In this document: one piece after another, positions 26,177-39,148 of the stretch
Position numbering within the stretch: the first letter of the stretch is position 1
How the letters are laid out: the number at the start of each line of letters is the position of its first letter
Source: Utricularia gibba
Lineage: Eukaryota; Plantae; Magnoliophyta
Direction of reading: 5' to 3'
DNA length: 64,000 nt
Assembly (NCBI GenBank): GCA_002189035.1
Contig: CM007989.1
Span: forward strand, 2,418,001 to 2,482,000
Program-made: the position numbers and the translations under genes
The notes under the pieces: generated by a model
What the model saw: the letters and a program-made list of their open reading frames with translations, nothing else
Database searches by the model: none
What the model was told of the DNA's origin: nothing

Positions 26177-27538
26177 TCATGAAGATAAGCATGAGGAATC
26201 CATGGAGGAAAAACGCCTTCTCTTCTGAGTATAAAGGAGCTGCTGATCAAATTCTGCAGATGCAGATATGCTATTGAGGATGCCATTGAATGCGCTACGG
26301 ACAGAAAACTTCATAGCTTCCCAAGACTCAGCATTGTCGCACTGATCCCTAAACAACAGCACGCTCTTCACCCTGCCTCCCAATGTGGATACCTCACACT
26401 TGAGAACCATCAAACCGAGTTCATGCACTGCTTTCCGAATATGCGACATCAGATCATGCCGGTAGTCGCAGCAAAGGGAAGCCTTCATCAGCAGTGTCCC
26501 TTCATCTTCCACAATGTCTACTTTCACCTCATCAGAGTCCAGTGGAATGTGCGTGTCTTTGCAGGCTTGTGTTGCACTTGTCTTTAGGTGCTTTACTTGA
26601 TTGATCACTTCAGCCAACAAAGTTGCCTTGTCCATCTGTTAACCCATAAACCACAAAGTTGAAGAAGCTTGAGCTAGAAGAGAACAAGTCAAACCATCAA
26701 ATAAACACGCAGATAAACTTGCAACTTTGCTTTCATGGGGAAGGTTGCACTTAATGAAGGACAAGTAGCAGTTAAAGAAAGGGATATTTGGTAATAAACT
26801 ACGAACACACCGAGCTAGAGTCTATTCAAGTTGACAATCAGCCTATAGAACACATAGAAATTACACAGAAGTTGACTTTGAAAAACAAGATAATATAGTT
26901 TAAATCCTTGTCTTCTCTTGCATTAGTTGATCAACATTTAGAAGTTATGTACCAGGATACCATCAAGATTCAAGCTTGTTTTCATTTCTTTTGATCCCAA
27001 TGCTCCCCTATCTTACACATGCATTAGTTGATACCAATTCCAAGGAAGAAGAGTGCCCTATAAATTATCAAGTGCATGTTGGAAACCCCACCTCCATCAG
27101 AGACCAGCAACCAGTTGAAGTGCATAAAAAAGGATAAAGCATGCTGTTTTGATTAAAAATTTTAATGTGATTTGTTTGCTTTTGCGATATTGGATGGTTT
27201 TCGACTCATTGTACGCCTCAAAAACAATGTCATAAGCAAGATTGAACTCACCTTTTCATCGTGTGGAACGAGATCTCTGAGAGTAGCTAGATGGGCATTG
27301 ATCCTTTCTCTTCTTCTTCTCTCCGCCTCACTATGGCTTTTCAAAGCAGCTCTACTCTTGGACTCCAAAGAAGCACCCCCATCTTCTTTTCGTTTGTAGC
27401 TCCAGACCCCATAACCAGATCCTCTTTCTCGTCATCCAACACTAATGATTCATCAGCGGCTAAACCACTTCCCCAGTTTTCGCTAAACTTTCCAAAACTC
27501 AAGTCACAAGCAGCAGCAGCGTCCCCGCAATACATCAT
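26177..27538 (-). CDS. bHLH transcription factor (bHLH30/32/106/107-like, with ACT-like C-terminus), 2 exons; apparent 1-nt frameshift in exon 1
   Basis: AALKSHSEAERRRRERINAHLATLRDLVP / MDKATLLAEVINQVKHLK, SLCCDYRHDL, EVSTLGGRVK; intron 27251-26636. Confidence 0.88.
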
Positions 27539-28954
27539 GCTAAGTATGATTTCGTGATGATAAACGAAAGCTTAAGAAACCCTTTTCAATCTAGACACAT
27601 AGCTCACACACTCCAGGAGGCCACGTAGCAAGGGAAAGCCAGAAAGAAAGCCTCTCTGGTCGAGTTGCAACACGAGGGAACTTGGAAACGATGAACGAGA
27701 TCATGATACCAAAAACACAGACGCGATTCTTAGAGGAACGAGTCATCAAAATGAAAGGAACAGCTTGAACTTCAACCGCATCACTTTCCTACTTGAACCA
27801 GAAGCGTTGATGGGTTTCAAGTGGATGCAACGCGTGCCTTCCCTTCCTCTTTATAGAACGGAAAACTCCCCCCCATCTTATGTCAAAACCTGGTAAAACT
27901 CAAACCCAATTGCAGTGAGAAGGTAAGTTCCCAGAAATTACCGCCTGATAAGCTCATGACCGTGAGTTCCTGGCTGGGAGAGGTACCGACAAGATATCCT
28001 TTTCAGCTCATAATGCACGAAATAATTGATTCTCCTTTCTTTAATGCAAGATTGTTTGACTTGTGAGATTATTGGGTAGCCTTGTCCTGGTTCATTTTAT
28101 CTTGTCTGGAACAACCCAGGAAGCTTCCTTGCATGCCAAAACCTTTATATTTTATTGCAATATGATTTTTTTTTCTTATAGAGAAAGTGATGTTGATGAG
28201 CACAACTTTGTAAATTGTGGTTGAACATAGTTATGATTAGATTATATAGTTTTTATCCATTAAAAAATAAGGAAAAAATAAGAAAATTGAGAATTTTGTT
28301 TTCAATAGTAAATTAAAATTAATAAATAATAAAAATTCTTTGATGATAAGAATTGATCACTTGAATTAAATGTTGATTTCAAAATTAATTTGAGATTTAA
28401 ATGCAGAACATGATAAGTATATAGATGAGTGTGTACCAATTTTTATAAATCGATTAAATTCCACTCATTAGTTTATTAATGGATTTTGATTAAATCATTT
28501 TGAAAAATGAGAAATATAAATAGTAAATTATTTTTTATAATTCAATTTAGTAAATGAAAAAATATAAATATGTATACACATTTTAAAAACTATTATAACT
28601 CAAAATTATATAGAAATATTCAAATATTATTATAAAATATATTTAAAATTTATGTAATATTTAAAAACATAAAAAAAAAACACAAAAAATAAGTTTCTCT
28701 GAGCTTGCGCTCCAAATCGTCGTCGAGAAACTCCAGCAAGAAATGGACATATTGCCGGCGAAAGCTGGGTCGGGATCGTCTCCGCGTTGGTGGGCGGAGC
28801 TCGAAATCCTGTTCGTCGGGGCTGCCTGATTCAAACCGGGGCGGTGACCCGCCCTTCATTTCTGTATTCTGGTTATGGATTTCTTGTCACAGACTGACAG
28901 TTGCGTCGTAACGACGCTCTCCCGGAGAAGAAAGACACTACTACAGTTCAAGAT

Positions 28955-31900
28955 TCAAGCTCCCAATCTCATCTCCTGCAAGGAGTACTTGAGGACTCTC
29001 TTCAGCGTAGCAACGACGTCTTTGATCTCGATTCTTTCACGAGGGTTTGCCATGGAACAGCGCAACGCCAAGTTCATCACTGAAGACAAGCAGTCCATTC
29101 TGACGGCCACGTTCGGACAGTTGCGCTTCAGCAGCCTTCCATCCACTGCCTCCATTGCTCCGTCAGCAACGGAATGCCTCACCCAATCCCTCAGGGTTAA
29201 CTCCTCTGAAAACTCCTCGGCCGTGGGTCTTTTCCCGGTGAACACTTCCATCAACAAAATGCCAAAGCTGTAGATGTCGCACTTGGTTGACACCAGGCCT
29301 TCACAGCCGTATTCTGTGCAACAAAAAGTCATGAAAGTCCTGAACTTTCCACAGGGGAAGGTTCAAAGGAGAAGAAATTACCTGGTGCGATGTAGCCCAA
29401 TGTAGCCATGGTAGCCGTTTGGGAGCAATCCATCCCTTCCAGTAGCTTAGCAATCCCAAAGTCACTCAGATGTGCAGTCATATCCTCATCCAAAAGTATG
29501 TTGCTTGGTTTGATATCACAATGGACGATCGGAGTTATGCAGTGCTCATGAAGATACTCGAGTGCACAAGCAATGTCGGTTACGATCGATAATCTCTGAA
29601 GGAGGTTCAAGAAATGATCTTCCCTGTGAAGCCATGTCTCCAGACTGCCCTTGGGCATGTACTCCATGACAATTGCTTTGATATCAGCATTAGAACAAAC
29701 GCTGATTACTCTGCAGAGGTTTCTATGGCGCAGGCTGCAGAACATTTGGCATTCTACATGGAAGCTTCTCAAGGCTCTTTCAGTTTGTACGTTGAATACC
29801 TTAACTGCAGCTATTTGTCCATCCATGAGAAGTGCTTTATAGACAGAACCATATGCTCCCCTGCCAATCAGGAGACCATTGTGGAGATTTGCAGTTGCCC
29901 GAATAAGCTCATAGTGTGATATGCGAGTCGGGCTTGCGACTAGAGGGAGCTCTTGCTCGACAATGTTCCTTGTGCGCCGCGAAGTCCATCTGTAGGCCAG
30001 GAACAGGACACATAACACACAAATAGCTGATACCAAAACAGAGACGGAAATGGCTATTCTTGGGATGTGGTTCCGGGGGTTTCTTGGTCTTTCCGTTGCA
30101 TAAGGAAGACAAGGAGGAAGCATTTGCCCCCCACAAAGACCCGGGTTACCAAGAAAACTATATGCTGTAAAAGTAGAGAACTGGCCCCCAACAGGGATAG
30201 GCCCTGAGAGAAAATTGTGTGCAACGTTGAACGTCGACAAGAAACTGAGTTCAGCCAAAGAAGATGGGATGCTTCCAGTCAAATTATTGAAAGACAAATC
30301 CAAACTTTCCAGGCTCTTCATTTCGGACAATGTGTCTGGAATAGGACCAGATAGGCTATTATGCGTTAAATCGAGAACATGCAACTCCTTCAGATTTCCA
30401 AACTCGGACCAGATGGATCCGTTAAGATGATTGTATGCAAGTGCCAGTGTTGGAGGAAACATTAAAAATCGTCTATAATAAAGAGCAGTTGTGTTCCGTC
30501 TCTTAAAAATAGGGAAGCCTGAGGAAACATCTTCACGCCTGATTACATTACCATTTATGAGGCTCTCCATTTCGGTAAGTTCAACAGGGATCTCTCCGGA
30601 CAACCTGTTAAAAGACATGTCTAAGTAAAAGAGTGATGACATGTTGCCAAACCAAGTTGGAATTGAACCAGTTAACTTGTTCACTGACAAATCTAACAGC
30701 TGCAAGTTCCTACACCTATTCAACCACTCAGGAATATGACCATGTAGATCACAGTCTGCAAGTACAAGTATCCTGAGTTCAGGGAACTGCAAACTGTTAC
30801 TACTTGGCATTTTCTCATCCCTGAAGTTCAGAGTAAGGAGTAAGGTAGTCAGATTTCGACAGTGCTGGAAGATCTCCAAGGCTCCAGTAATGTTAGTTAC
30901 ACTAGAATTCGAGAGAGAGATGGAAGAAAGGCTAGAAAAATTCTTGAAACTCTCAGGGATTTGCCCAGAAAAATTGATCCTTGCAAAGTTTATACTTCTT
31001 AGCAGTGGACAATTAGAAAGAGTTTCAGGAATCGGCCCATGAAAGCGATTAGTAGCCAAATTAAGCGAAACAAGTTTAACCATAGCTGAACAGTTAATAC
31101 TGATAGTACCATTCAGGGTATTGTTTCTCAGTGTAAGAGATGTAATTGTCTTAGAGTTGGCCAATGAACCCGGTATTCCACCTGTTAAACGGTTGGACTG
31201 AGCCGCAAAGTTTTCCAACTGCTCAAATCTGTGAAACACATCTGGAAGATGTCCAGAGAAGCGATTCAGAGACAAATCAAGGTTCACAAGCTTAGACAGA
31301 TTCCCAATACCAAAACTCAGCTGCCCTGAAAATTGATTCTCATGCAAATACAAGTCCTCTAACCAATGCAGCAGAAACAGATTTTCAGGCAGTTCACTGG
31401 TGAGAGAATTTGAGCCGATATAAAGTCTTTTTAATGAAGTGCAATTCCCAACTTCAGGAAAAAGTATCCCACTGAAATAATTGTCAGTCAAATCCAAAAC
31501 AGAAATACTGGATGAATTGATGCAGATACCAGCAGGAATTTGGCCGACGATTCGGTTCCCAGAAATATTGAAAATCTTGATAGATTGCAGGTTCATGGCC
31601 CTGGGTAACGGCCCGACTATGGAATTTGCGCTCAAATCCAAAATCTGCAACTTGGGCAAATGCAAAACCGAGACAGGAATCGACCCATTGAACATGTTTC
31701 TGGAGAGATTGAGAACTATAAGCTGATCCAGCATCCCCAACGATTCAGAGATGTTACCGGAAAGCCCTCTATTTCCAAGCTCCAGTCTTGCCACCCTACT
31801 GGAGTTGTCGCAATTGATACCCGGCCAAGAGCAGCAGTCGCCCAAATCAAAATCCCATTCAGAAAAACGACTCCTCGAATCAAGTCGCTCATTGAAACGC

Positions 31901-32004
31901 CTCAGGGAACTTAAGTCGGTGGCATGACATGCTGAGTTCGGGGCTTGTGAGGCAGAAGAAACCCAGAAGCCCATGAAAACCACGCACAGAACCAGCACAC
32001 TCAT
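28955..32004 (-). CDS. LRR receptor-like kinase with a PSKR1-like ectodomain and an LRR-XII-type non-RD kinase (about 993 aa; exons 32004-29382 and 29313-28955)
   Basis: Signal peptide, Cys-pair N-cap, LRRs with an island domain, GNPGLCG cap, TM helix, kinase with HCDIKPSN and DFG; 68-nt GT-AG intron at GYIAP/EYG; the spliced length of 2982 nt is in frame. Confidence 0.92.
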
Positions 32005-35000
32005 ATTGCACCTCTCTACAATCAAAAAATGGGATACAATCATTACCAAAATGAAGTTCTCTCATTGTTCTTTCACTGGAGTTCAGAAGTCTTGTCAACC
32101 AATCTGACCAGCTGACGGCACGGCGATAATGAATGTTTCAAATTGTGGAGACGTACGCTTTCAAATCCCGTTAATGCGTAGAATCGGTCGAAGTCCGGTT
32201 CGGCTGGGAACCGGAGTCAACACACATAATACCATTCTTTTAAAAAACAAAATCAAATATTTTTATTCTTAAATTGAAATGTAATAAATCATTATTTTTA
32301 TGTTCCTTCATATCATTAAACAACTAAATCACCAAATAACAGACATAAAAAAACCATATTAGCACTAAATAAATATTAAGTATTCATATAAGTGTATAAG
32401 CATCCGGTAAGTGATTTAAGATTTTAAATATATGATGTAAGATAAAATATATTTTATAATTTTAGATTTAAAATATATTTGATAGATGAATGTATATGTC
32501 TTATATTTTATAATGAAAAAATATTTGACTTATGTTTTTAAATGATTGGTTTTATATTTATTTTGAAATGAAATTGGGGGAAGGATAAATTATGAATTTT
32601 AATATATTTTAAATCAATTTTAAATTAAAATGACGTAATATCTTTAAAACCATTACATATAAATGTAGAATAAAATTCGTTCTAAACTTATCCGTGGAGC
32701 CATAAACGGCCTTATCAAACACACATTTAAATGAAAGACACTTCAAAAATACTATTAAATCACCCTAGGGCTTTAGGATTTCGAGCCAAGTTGAGTTTTA
32801 GCATTTTAAAGCTTAGATTCTACGAATTTTCATATACTCCTTTGAATTGAATTGTCGATTGATCTATGCGCATAAAAGCATGTATTTGAGTCGTGTTTAC
32901 GACACAAGTAGACCTTATTGTAAAAAACTTGCAGAAGTGAATCATTAGCTGCTCTTTTAATATTGTCATCTCAATTATTTGTTTGTGATTTTTTAGCTGG
33001 GGATAGATTACGTTGTTCTAACAGGATTTAGTGTTGGTCCCCATTGTTTCCCTTTGTCGGAAAGCAAAACACAGGTGCAGCTTATCTTATTCTGCTCACG
33101 GGTTGCAAGGAGTTGCGCACCGATGCCCCCACAGCGTCGAGAACTGGCGGAAGATGGAAGCCATGTGTTCTGCGTTGTCACAGGTTGATGAAGGGGCTGG
33201 TGAAATCCTTCAATTCTTGAGTTGCTCTTCCAAAATCTGTGGGGTTTTCGAAATGGAATGTCTGAATGATTGAGAGACAGTTAGTTGTCTGAGCTGATGT
33301 TTTCAAACCTCGACTGAAAACCAGTCACTCGATCATGGAGGCGCAACAGGGTTGTAGACATGGACACAGCAATGCTCGTGAATTGTGATACAACCAACAA
33401 GAGCAACGTCTGTCCCCACAAGAACATGCTCCTCGTTCTTTCCAGTCAATTGAGGCGTTGGAGAGAGCCCCATGGAAATCATTCATAGGGATTGTGGTGT
33501 ATGCAAGCAATCCTCTTTCATGTGATGCGTTTCCCATATTGAAAACATGTAAACTTTCCACTATCATAATAGCTTTTCCTGATAAAGCTCACACCTTTTG
33601 GTGCTACGGTCGAGATCTTTAGGGTTTTCGATTGACCCACCCAATTTCCATTGACCCGAAAACCAGTATACCATTTGGGTGACCCGATATCCCATCACCT
33701 TCACCTTTTTGTAGATCGACAATCCGGATTTTTGTCTTAACCAGCACACGTGTTTTTGTCTTAACCAGATTGCCTTGTCTGCTTTCGATACTTCAAAAGC
33801 ACTTGTGCATGCTGGCATTTTCTTTCTTCAATAGTCCCTTGTTCGGAGAAGAAGGTGGGGTTTTGGAGTAGCAGGGTCCCATCTGTAATTAGAGACAAAT
33901 GCGGGGGGTGATTTGCAATAAAACAAAATAATTCAATAATTAAATGGAGCACCGAATCAGCCAATCATTGTGTCGTTCTCATTAATTTAAGGCACGCATA
34001 TTCTTCACTAGTTGGGAGCCACGTGCCCAACAACACAACATAAAGTGCCCTAAATCACCCTGTCAGCACCACCCTTCAGCCCTAATTGCCCTTTCACATG
34101 CCAATAAAACACGTCTCAAAAGCATCACGCGCAATATCATTAATCAACGATTAATACAAAAAGTGATTAAATAAATCATAGGGTGTACGTTGCATGACAC
34201 CTGGCGCTCTACGATTGGTGCTCTAGTACATCACGCTTAGTTCTCTAGGGGCGGGCCCTACCACGAGATTCGAGAGGCACCCATCCCGGTTCACGTCTTC
34301 CTCATCTCGTGTTGTTGCACCTAGCTTTCTTTATGCACAAAATTAATGGTGATTAATATAAATAATTATAAATTATATCTACATTAAATATTGCGCTCCT
34401 GGTTTTTAATCTGGAAAATTCCAAATTTAGAAAAACGCGATAAGCAATAAAAAAATAATCAAAATCATTGATGACTCATTCATATCCTCAACGTCAACTG
34501 TTCGCTAATTACAGGTCATTTTTTAATTAAGTATGCTCACTTTTTTTCACACAGTCAAAAAAGGATCACTAGATATGTAACAAATTCAAAATGATAATGG
34601 TGGGATTAGGCGTATACAGTTAAATCATTCTCATTATAATAATCTAATTCTTCTAAATTAATTTTTATAATGATTAACGAACAAAAACCTATATATTAAA
34701 GATGATTTTAATGTAAATTGTATGATCTGTATGTTATAATTCAAATATATTATTAATTAAATCACGATACTTTAATCTCTGGACTTAGTAGAAGAATATT
34801 GTTGAAATCTATGCTTTCAAGCAACGGTTGATGTTGTGATGGGTGGATTTTGATTCATAAACTTAAGCCCCAATTCACCTTTGGAATATGAATAGACCTT
34901 CGAAATTCGATAACTCAAAATCATTAATTGTCATTAAAACAACATAAATTGACCAAATAATTTCTTTATTTATTTGGGAATGTATTTTATAAATGTTGCA

Positions 35001-36451
35001 ATCATGCATTAAAAAACACATTGAAAAAAATATATTTTTTAAAGACATGGATTCTGACTGTTCGGGTGAACCGGCCCCAGATACCCTCGGATTCAACCCG
35101 GGAACCACCGATTTGTGGACGGCTTAATATTTTTCTTGTAGGTTTGACTATTATTAATTAAATTATTCTAATGTTTTATGTATTAAATAGCTATTAAATA
35201 TAAAGTATTTCAATAATTACATATATAAAAACAACTGGATAATTGGCCATTGCGTAGGTTTGAACGCCTTATAATTTGTTTTTTAACTAATATTTAAAAA
35301 AATGGGGTAGGCGCATGCGAAAAAAGGTCGTTAATTTCATGAAATTATGGCTAGTTTTATAAATTAGAAAAATATTGGGACCGAATCGGAATTATTCATT
35401 CTATAAAGCGTTGTATTTTTATAAAATAGCGCGGCTAGTGTTCTTAATTCGTACGCCCTTTAGTGATCTGGGCGGCGCCACCGCAACCGTGCCGCTTCCT
35501 CGCTTCTCTCTCAAGTCTCCGTAATCCAACCACGGAGACTTTCCTGGAAGTTTTTTCTTTCTTTCTGTCTGGTTCCCGTTGAATTTCATACATTGTAACA
35601 CGTTTTTTTTCCTGAAAAAATGTACATACTTTTCGCGTAAAATTTTGTGGACAGTTGACAAATACGGCTGCCAGTTCGTTCCCGAGGGGCTTAAGGGTGA
35701 TCTCTTCGTTATTGATCTTTGATTAAGTATTTGAAGATTATTCGGAGATCTGTTGAAGTCGCGTTTGCTATTTCCAAATCGTTGCCATTTTGTTTTTCTT
35801 TCTTTCAAATGGGGATTTTCTTGGATTTTTGCGAGCACGGGAACAGAATCTGTGGAAGGGAAAGATTATTTACCGCCTTGATCATTCTGGTGATTGGTAA
35901 ATCCTTTATGCTGTACGGTGAAGCTAACTCTACCATGGGAGCTGTGTGTAAAAACTAGCTCTTTACGTTTATCAAGGAAATATTTTGGTTATGATCAAGT
36001 GCTTTTAGACGAAGGACGGCGCGGTAACTGCACCTTCCCGATTTGGGGAGAGGTTCACGTTTCAGCATCTCTTTTCTAGTGATGCTCTCCCAGTCTTCAG
36101 GTTTTTCTAGTTTCTGTTGTTCTTTCTTGTGTTTTTATAGTTTCAGACTTTGGATTTAGCATATCAGTATTGGGGAAAATAATTTCAGCTGCTTGGTCTA
36201 TTTTCAAATTCATTTTGATGTCCTGTTTGCCTCTAGTTTCCTTTTTGTAGGTTTCTAATTTTATGGCTGTACACTTGCTAATTCTCTTACTTTTCTTCTT
36301 GAATTTGTTTGGCAGATTTCAGTGACGAACCTCTCGTTGCATGAGAAGGTAGAGTAGTTGGGTTTTGTGAGAGCCTGTTGAGAGCAAGGTTTGGGACTGC
36401 TATTGCAATGTTGAAAGGCGACATCAATGTGGTCTAATTCGCACAGTTCAG

Positions 36452-38762
36452 ATGGATGTATGCGAGCCAAAGCAAGTATTGCACAAGCAGTCTACATCTG
36501 CTGCAGCAAGAAAACCATTAATTTCTGCTGAAAACAAAAATGGATTTGCGCATGACTCTCGAACCACAGAAGCCACTTCAAGGCATTGGTCACCTACATC
36601 ATCTGTGGGCTCTAGTCAAAAGCGATATCCTTCACCAAATACAAGTAATATGTCATTTCCTTCTACTACATCAACACCATGTAGGGCGGCATCAGTTGAA
36701 AGAAAGCGCACTGTGAGGCAATCTTCGTCTACCCCAGTTCAGGATGCAACTGAAGGTGAGTTGTTTGTAAGGAAGCAATCCAGCAGTAAGTTACCAGAAT
36801 CCTTGTGGCCATCCACTATGCGGAGTCTGACAGTTTCATTCCAATCGGATGCGTACACTCTTCCAATTGGCAAGAAAGAGAAGCCTATTTCTCATGCGTC
36901 TTATGATCGTATGACGAGACAGCCATCAAATGTGACACATAAACAGGCAGAGACTACCAAGAAGTCCACTGCAGAGAGGAAGATGAGTCCACTCAAGGGA
37001 AAAGATTTTATGGATCAGCTGGAGAATTCAAAACCTGTTGATAACTTGCCACCTCATCTGGCAGATCAACAACTGTGGCGAAGCAGAACAAGTGGGAAAC
37101 TGTTAAATGCTCTAAATGGAAATTTTGAACTCATTGAGAAAACTTCAAAAATTCCATCATTATCATCATCAGTGGTTGGCTCCTCTTCACGGAGGAGATT
37201 CTCTTTGGATGGAACAACTAAGCCGCTATTTAAATCCTCCCGTGATTCGTTAATGCAGCTCCCTACTGATGACAATCCACACCCAAGCAAGAAGCTTGGC
37301 TCTTCAATGTCATCTGATAGGTTACGCTTGGGCAATGCTGCTGCTAGAGCTCTATATTCCCACACTTCTAGAACGCGCTCTCCTTCACCCTCTATATCTA
37401 GAGGTGATAATCCATCTCAATTTTGGGCTGCCGCACCACACAAGGGATCCCATACTACTAGGCTGAGGCAACCCAGCCCATTTCGGCAGTTTCAGCTTTC
37501 TAATTCTGTGTTAAGTTTTATTGTTGATATGAAAAAAGGAAAGAAAACTGCAAATCACATTGATGATGCTCATCAATTGCGGATGCTGTACAACAGATAT
37601 CTGCAATGGCGGTATGTAAATGGTCAAGCTGACGCTGTATTGCAATCCCATAAAGTGAAAGCAGAGGTTTGATCTCAATTTTTTTTTTTTTTTTCTGAGG
37701 CGTTCATTACTGTGAAATAATTTCACCTTTTGTTAGCATGAATTCAATGTGTCCTTGATTTCCATGTAATTTCATCTTTTAAATCTACAGAAGATGCTCT
37801 GCTCTGTCAGATGGCTAATTGCTCTTCTCTCAGACACGATACTACAGAAAACAATGCTTCTTCAGCAAGTGCATCTAAAATCGAAGCTTTACTCAATTCT
37901 GAATAATGAAGTAATATCCCTTTAGTTCATTCCAATTCTCTTGGTTCGAACATCCTGTTTTTTTTTTTTCATCTGCCTTTGTTGGTTACATTCTGCATTT
38001 TCAAACTTATATTGTGACACTTGTAGAGAATTCGTTTTTGTCTTTTCATATCTGTAATTTTATTTTATTGTCCATATCTCAAGAATCTGAAGCTAATCCT
38101 AGTGTTAACATGTTCAGCTAACATCTCTTGATGAATGGGCTTCATTTGAAAAGGATCACATCAGCAATGTATCCTGCATCATACAAGATCTTCAGGCTTG
38201 CACAATTCGCATTCCAGTCATGGCTAGTGCGAGGGTAGCCCTCATTTACTCACATTTGTTTATGTGAGAGGCATTTAAATCAACTAATTAATATTTTCAG
38301 GGAGAAGCCAAAGCCCTCCTGGAAGCTCTTTCCTCCGCCGTTGACATCATGCAGGCAATTGTCACCTCTTTGTGTCCCACACAGCAGAGGGTAACTTTAT
38401 GTGCAAGAATTTTCGCCATGTGTTTAGCTTCTTTAGTTCACCCTGCTGATTCCAAACAACTCAAAACTCTTTTGATTTTCCATTCGATGATTCTGGCCTT
38501 TAAGGTGGAGGAGATGAGCTGCCTTTTGTCTGAGCTTGCGGTTATGGCAGCACATGAAAGAACTTTTCTAAGTGACTGTGAATCGGCTTTGTGCAGCATA
38601 GACACGCTACAGGCAAGACATCATCGAAATTTTTTTCCCATTTTCGCACTGTCCTGCCTTCCCACTGTTTGTTCCATAATCATCTTTAATCTGTGTGCTT
38701 GGCAACAGATAGAAGAGTATAGCCTTACGACTCAGCTTCTACAGCTGAAATCTATCCCCTAA
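36452..38762 (+). CDS. QWRF-motif / AUGMIN8-like microtubule-associated protein, multi-exon
   Basis: Ser-rich N-terminus, LWPSTMRSLTVSFQSD, DAHQLRMLYNRYLQWRYVN, WASFEKDH, IEEYSLTTQLLQ*; the 5' UTR probably begins near 35450. Confidence 0.88.
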
Positions 38763-39148
38763 GGTGATCGGTCCCAGAATTTTTCTCTTTTGGAGCTGGG
38801 AACCAATGAGTCCTGCTAATGAGCTGTTTTTTTCTTTCTAAAATTGTCATTTCTTTCATATAGTTTTATCTACACGTATAGAAATTCTGTGGGAAAAAAC
38901 ATACTCCATGATTGACAATACATTTGTAACATATATGCAATTAAGGCAGGAATAAGAAGCATCATCATCATTGACGCAAATATGCTAAATTTATCTCAAC
39001 AGTGAAGCCAAATTTATCACTTGTTCCTGTTAACTTAAGCCTTTGCTGCTACCAATCAGAAACCCCATTGCATCTGACGCATGTCCTTAATGTGTGTTTC
39101 CAAGTCTGGAAAACACCGTTTGTTCCTGTATACAACAATCCTGACCAT

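Noticed and set aside
33000-33720. Coding-like stretch with several short ORFs in the RLK-QWRF spacer
   Set aside because: Interrupted frames with no recognisable transposase, RT or gene motif; possibly decayed sequence but unsupported
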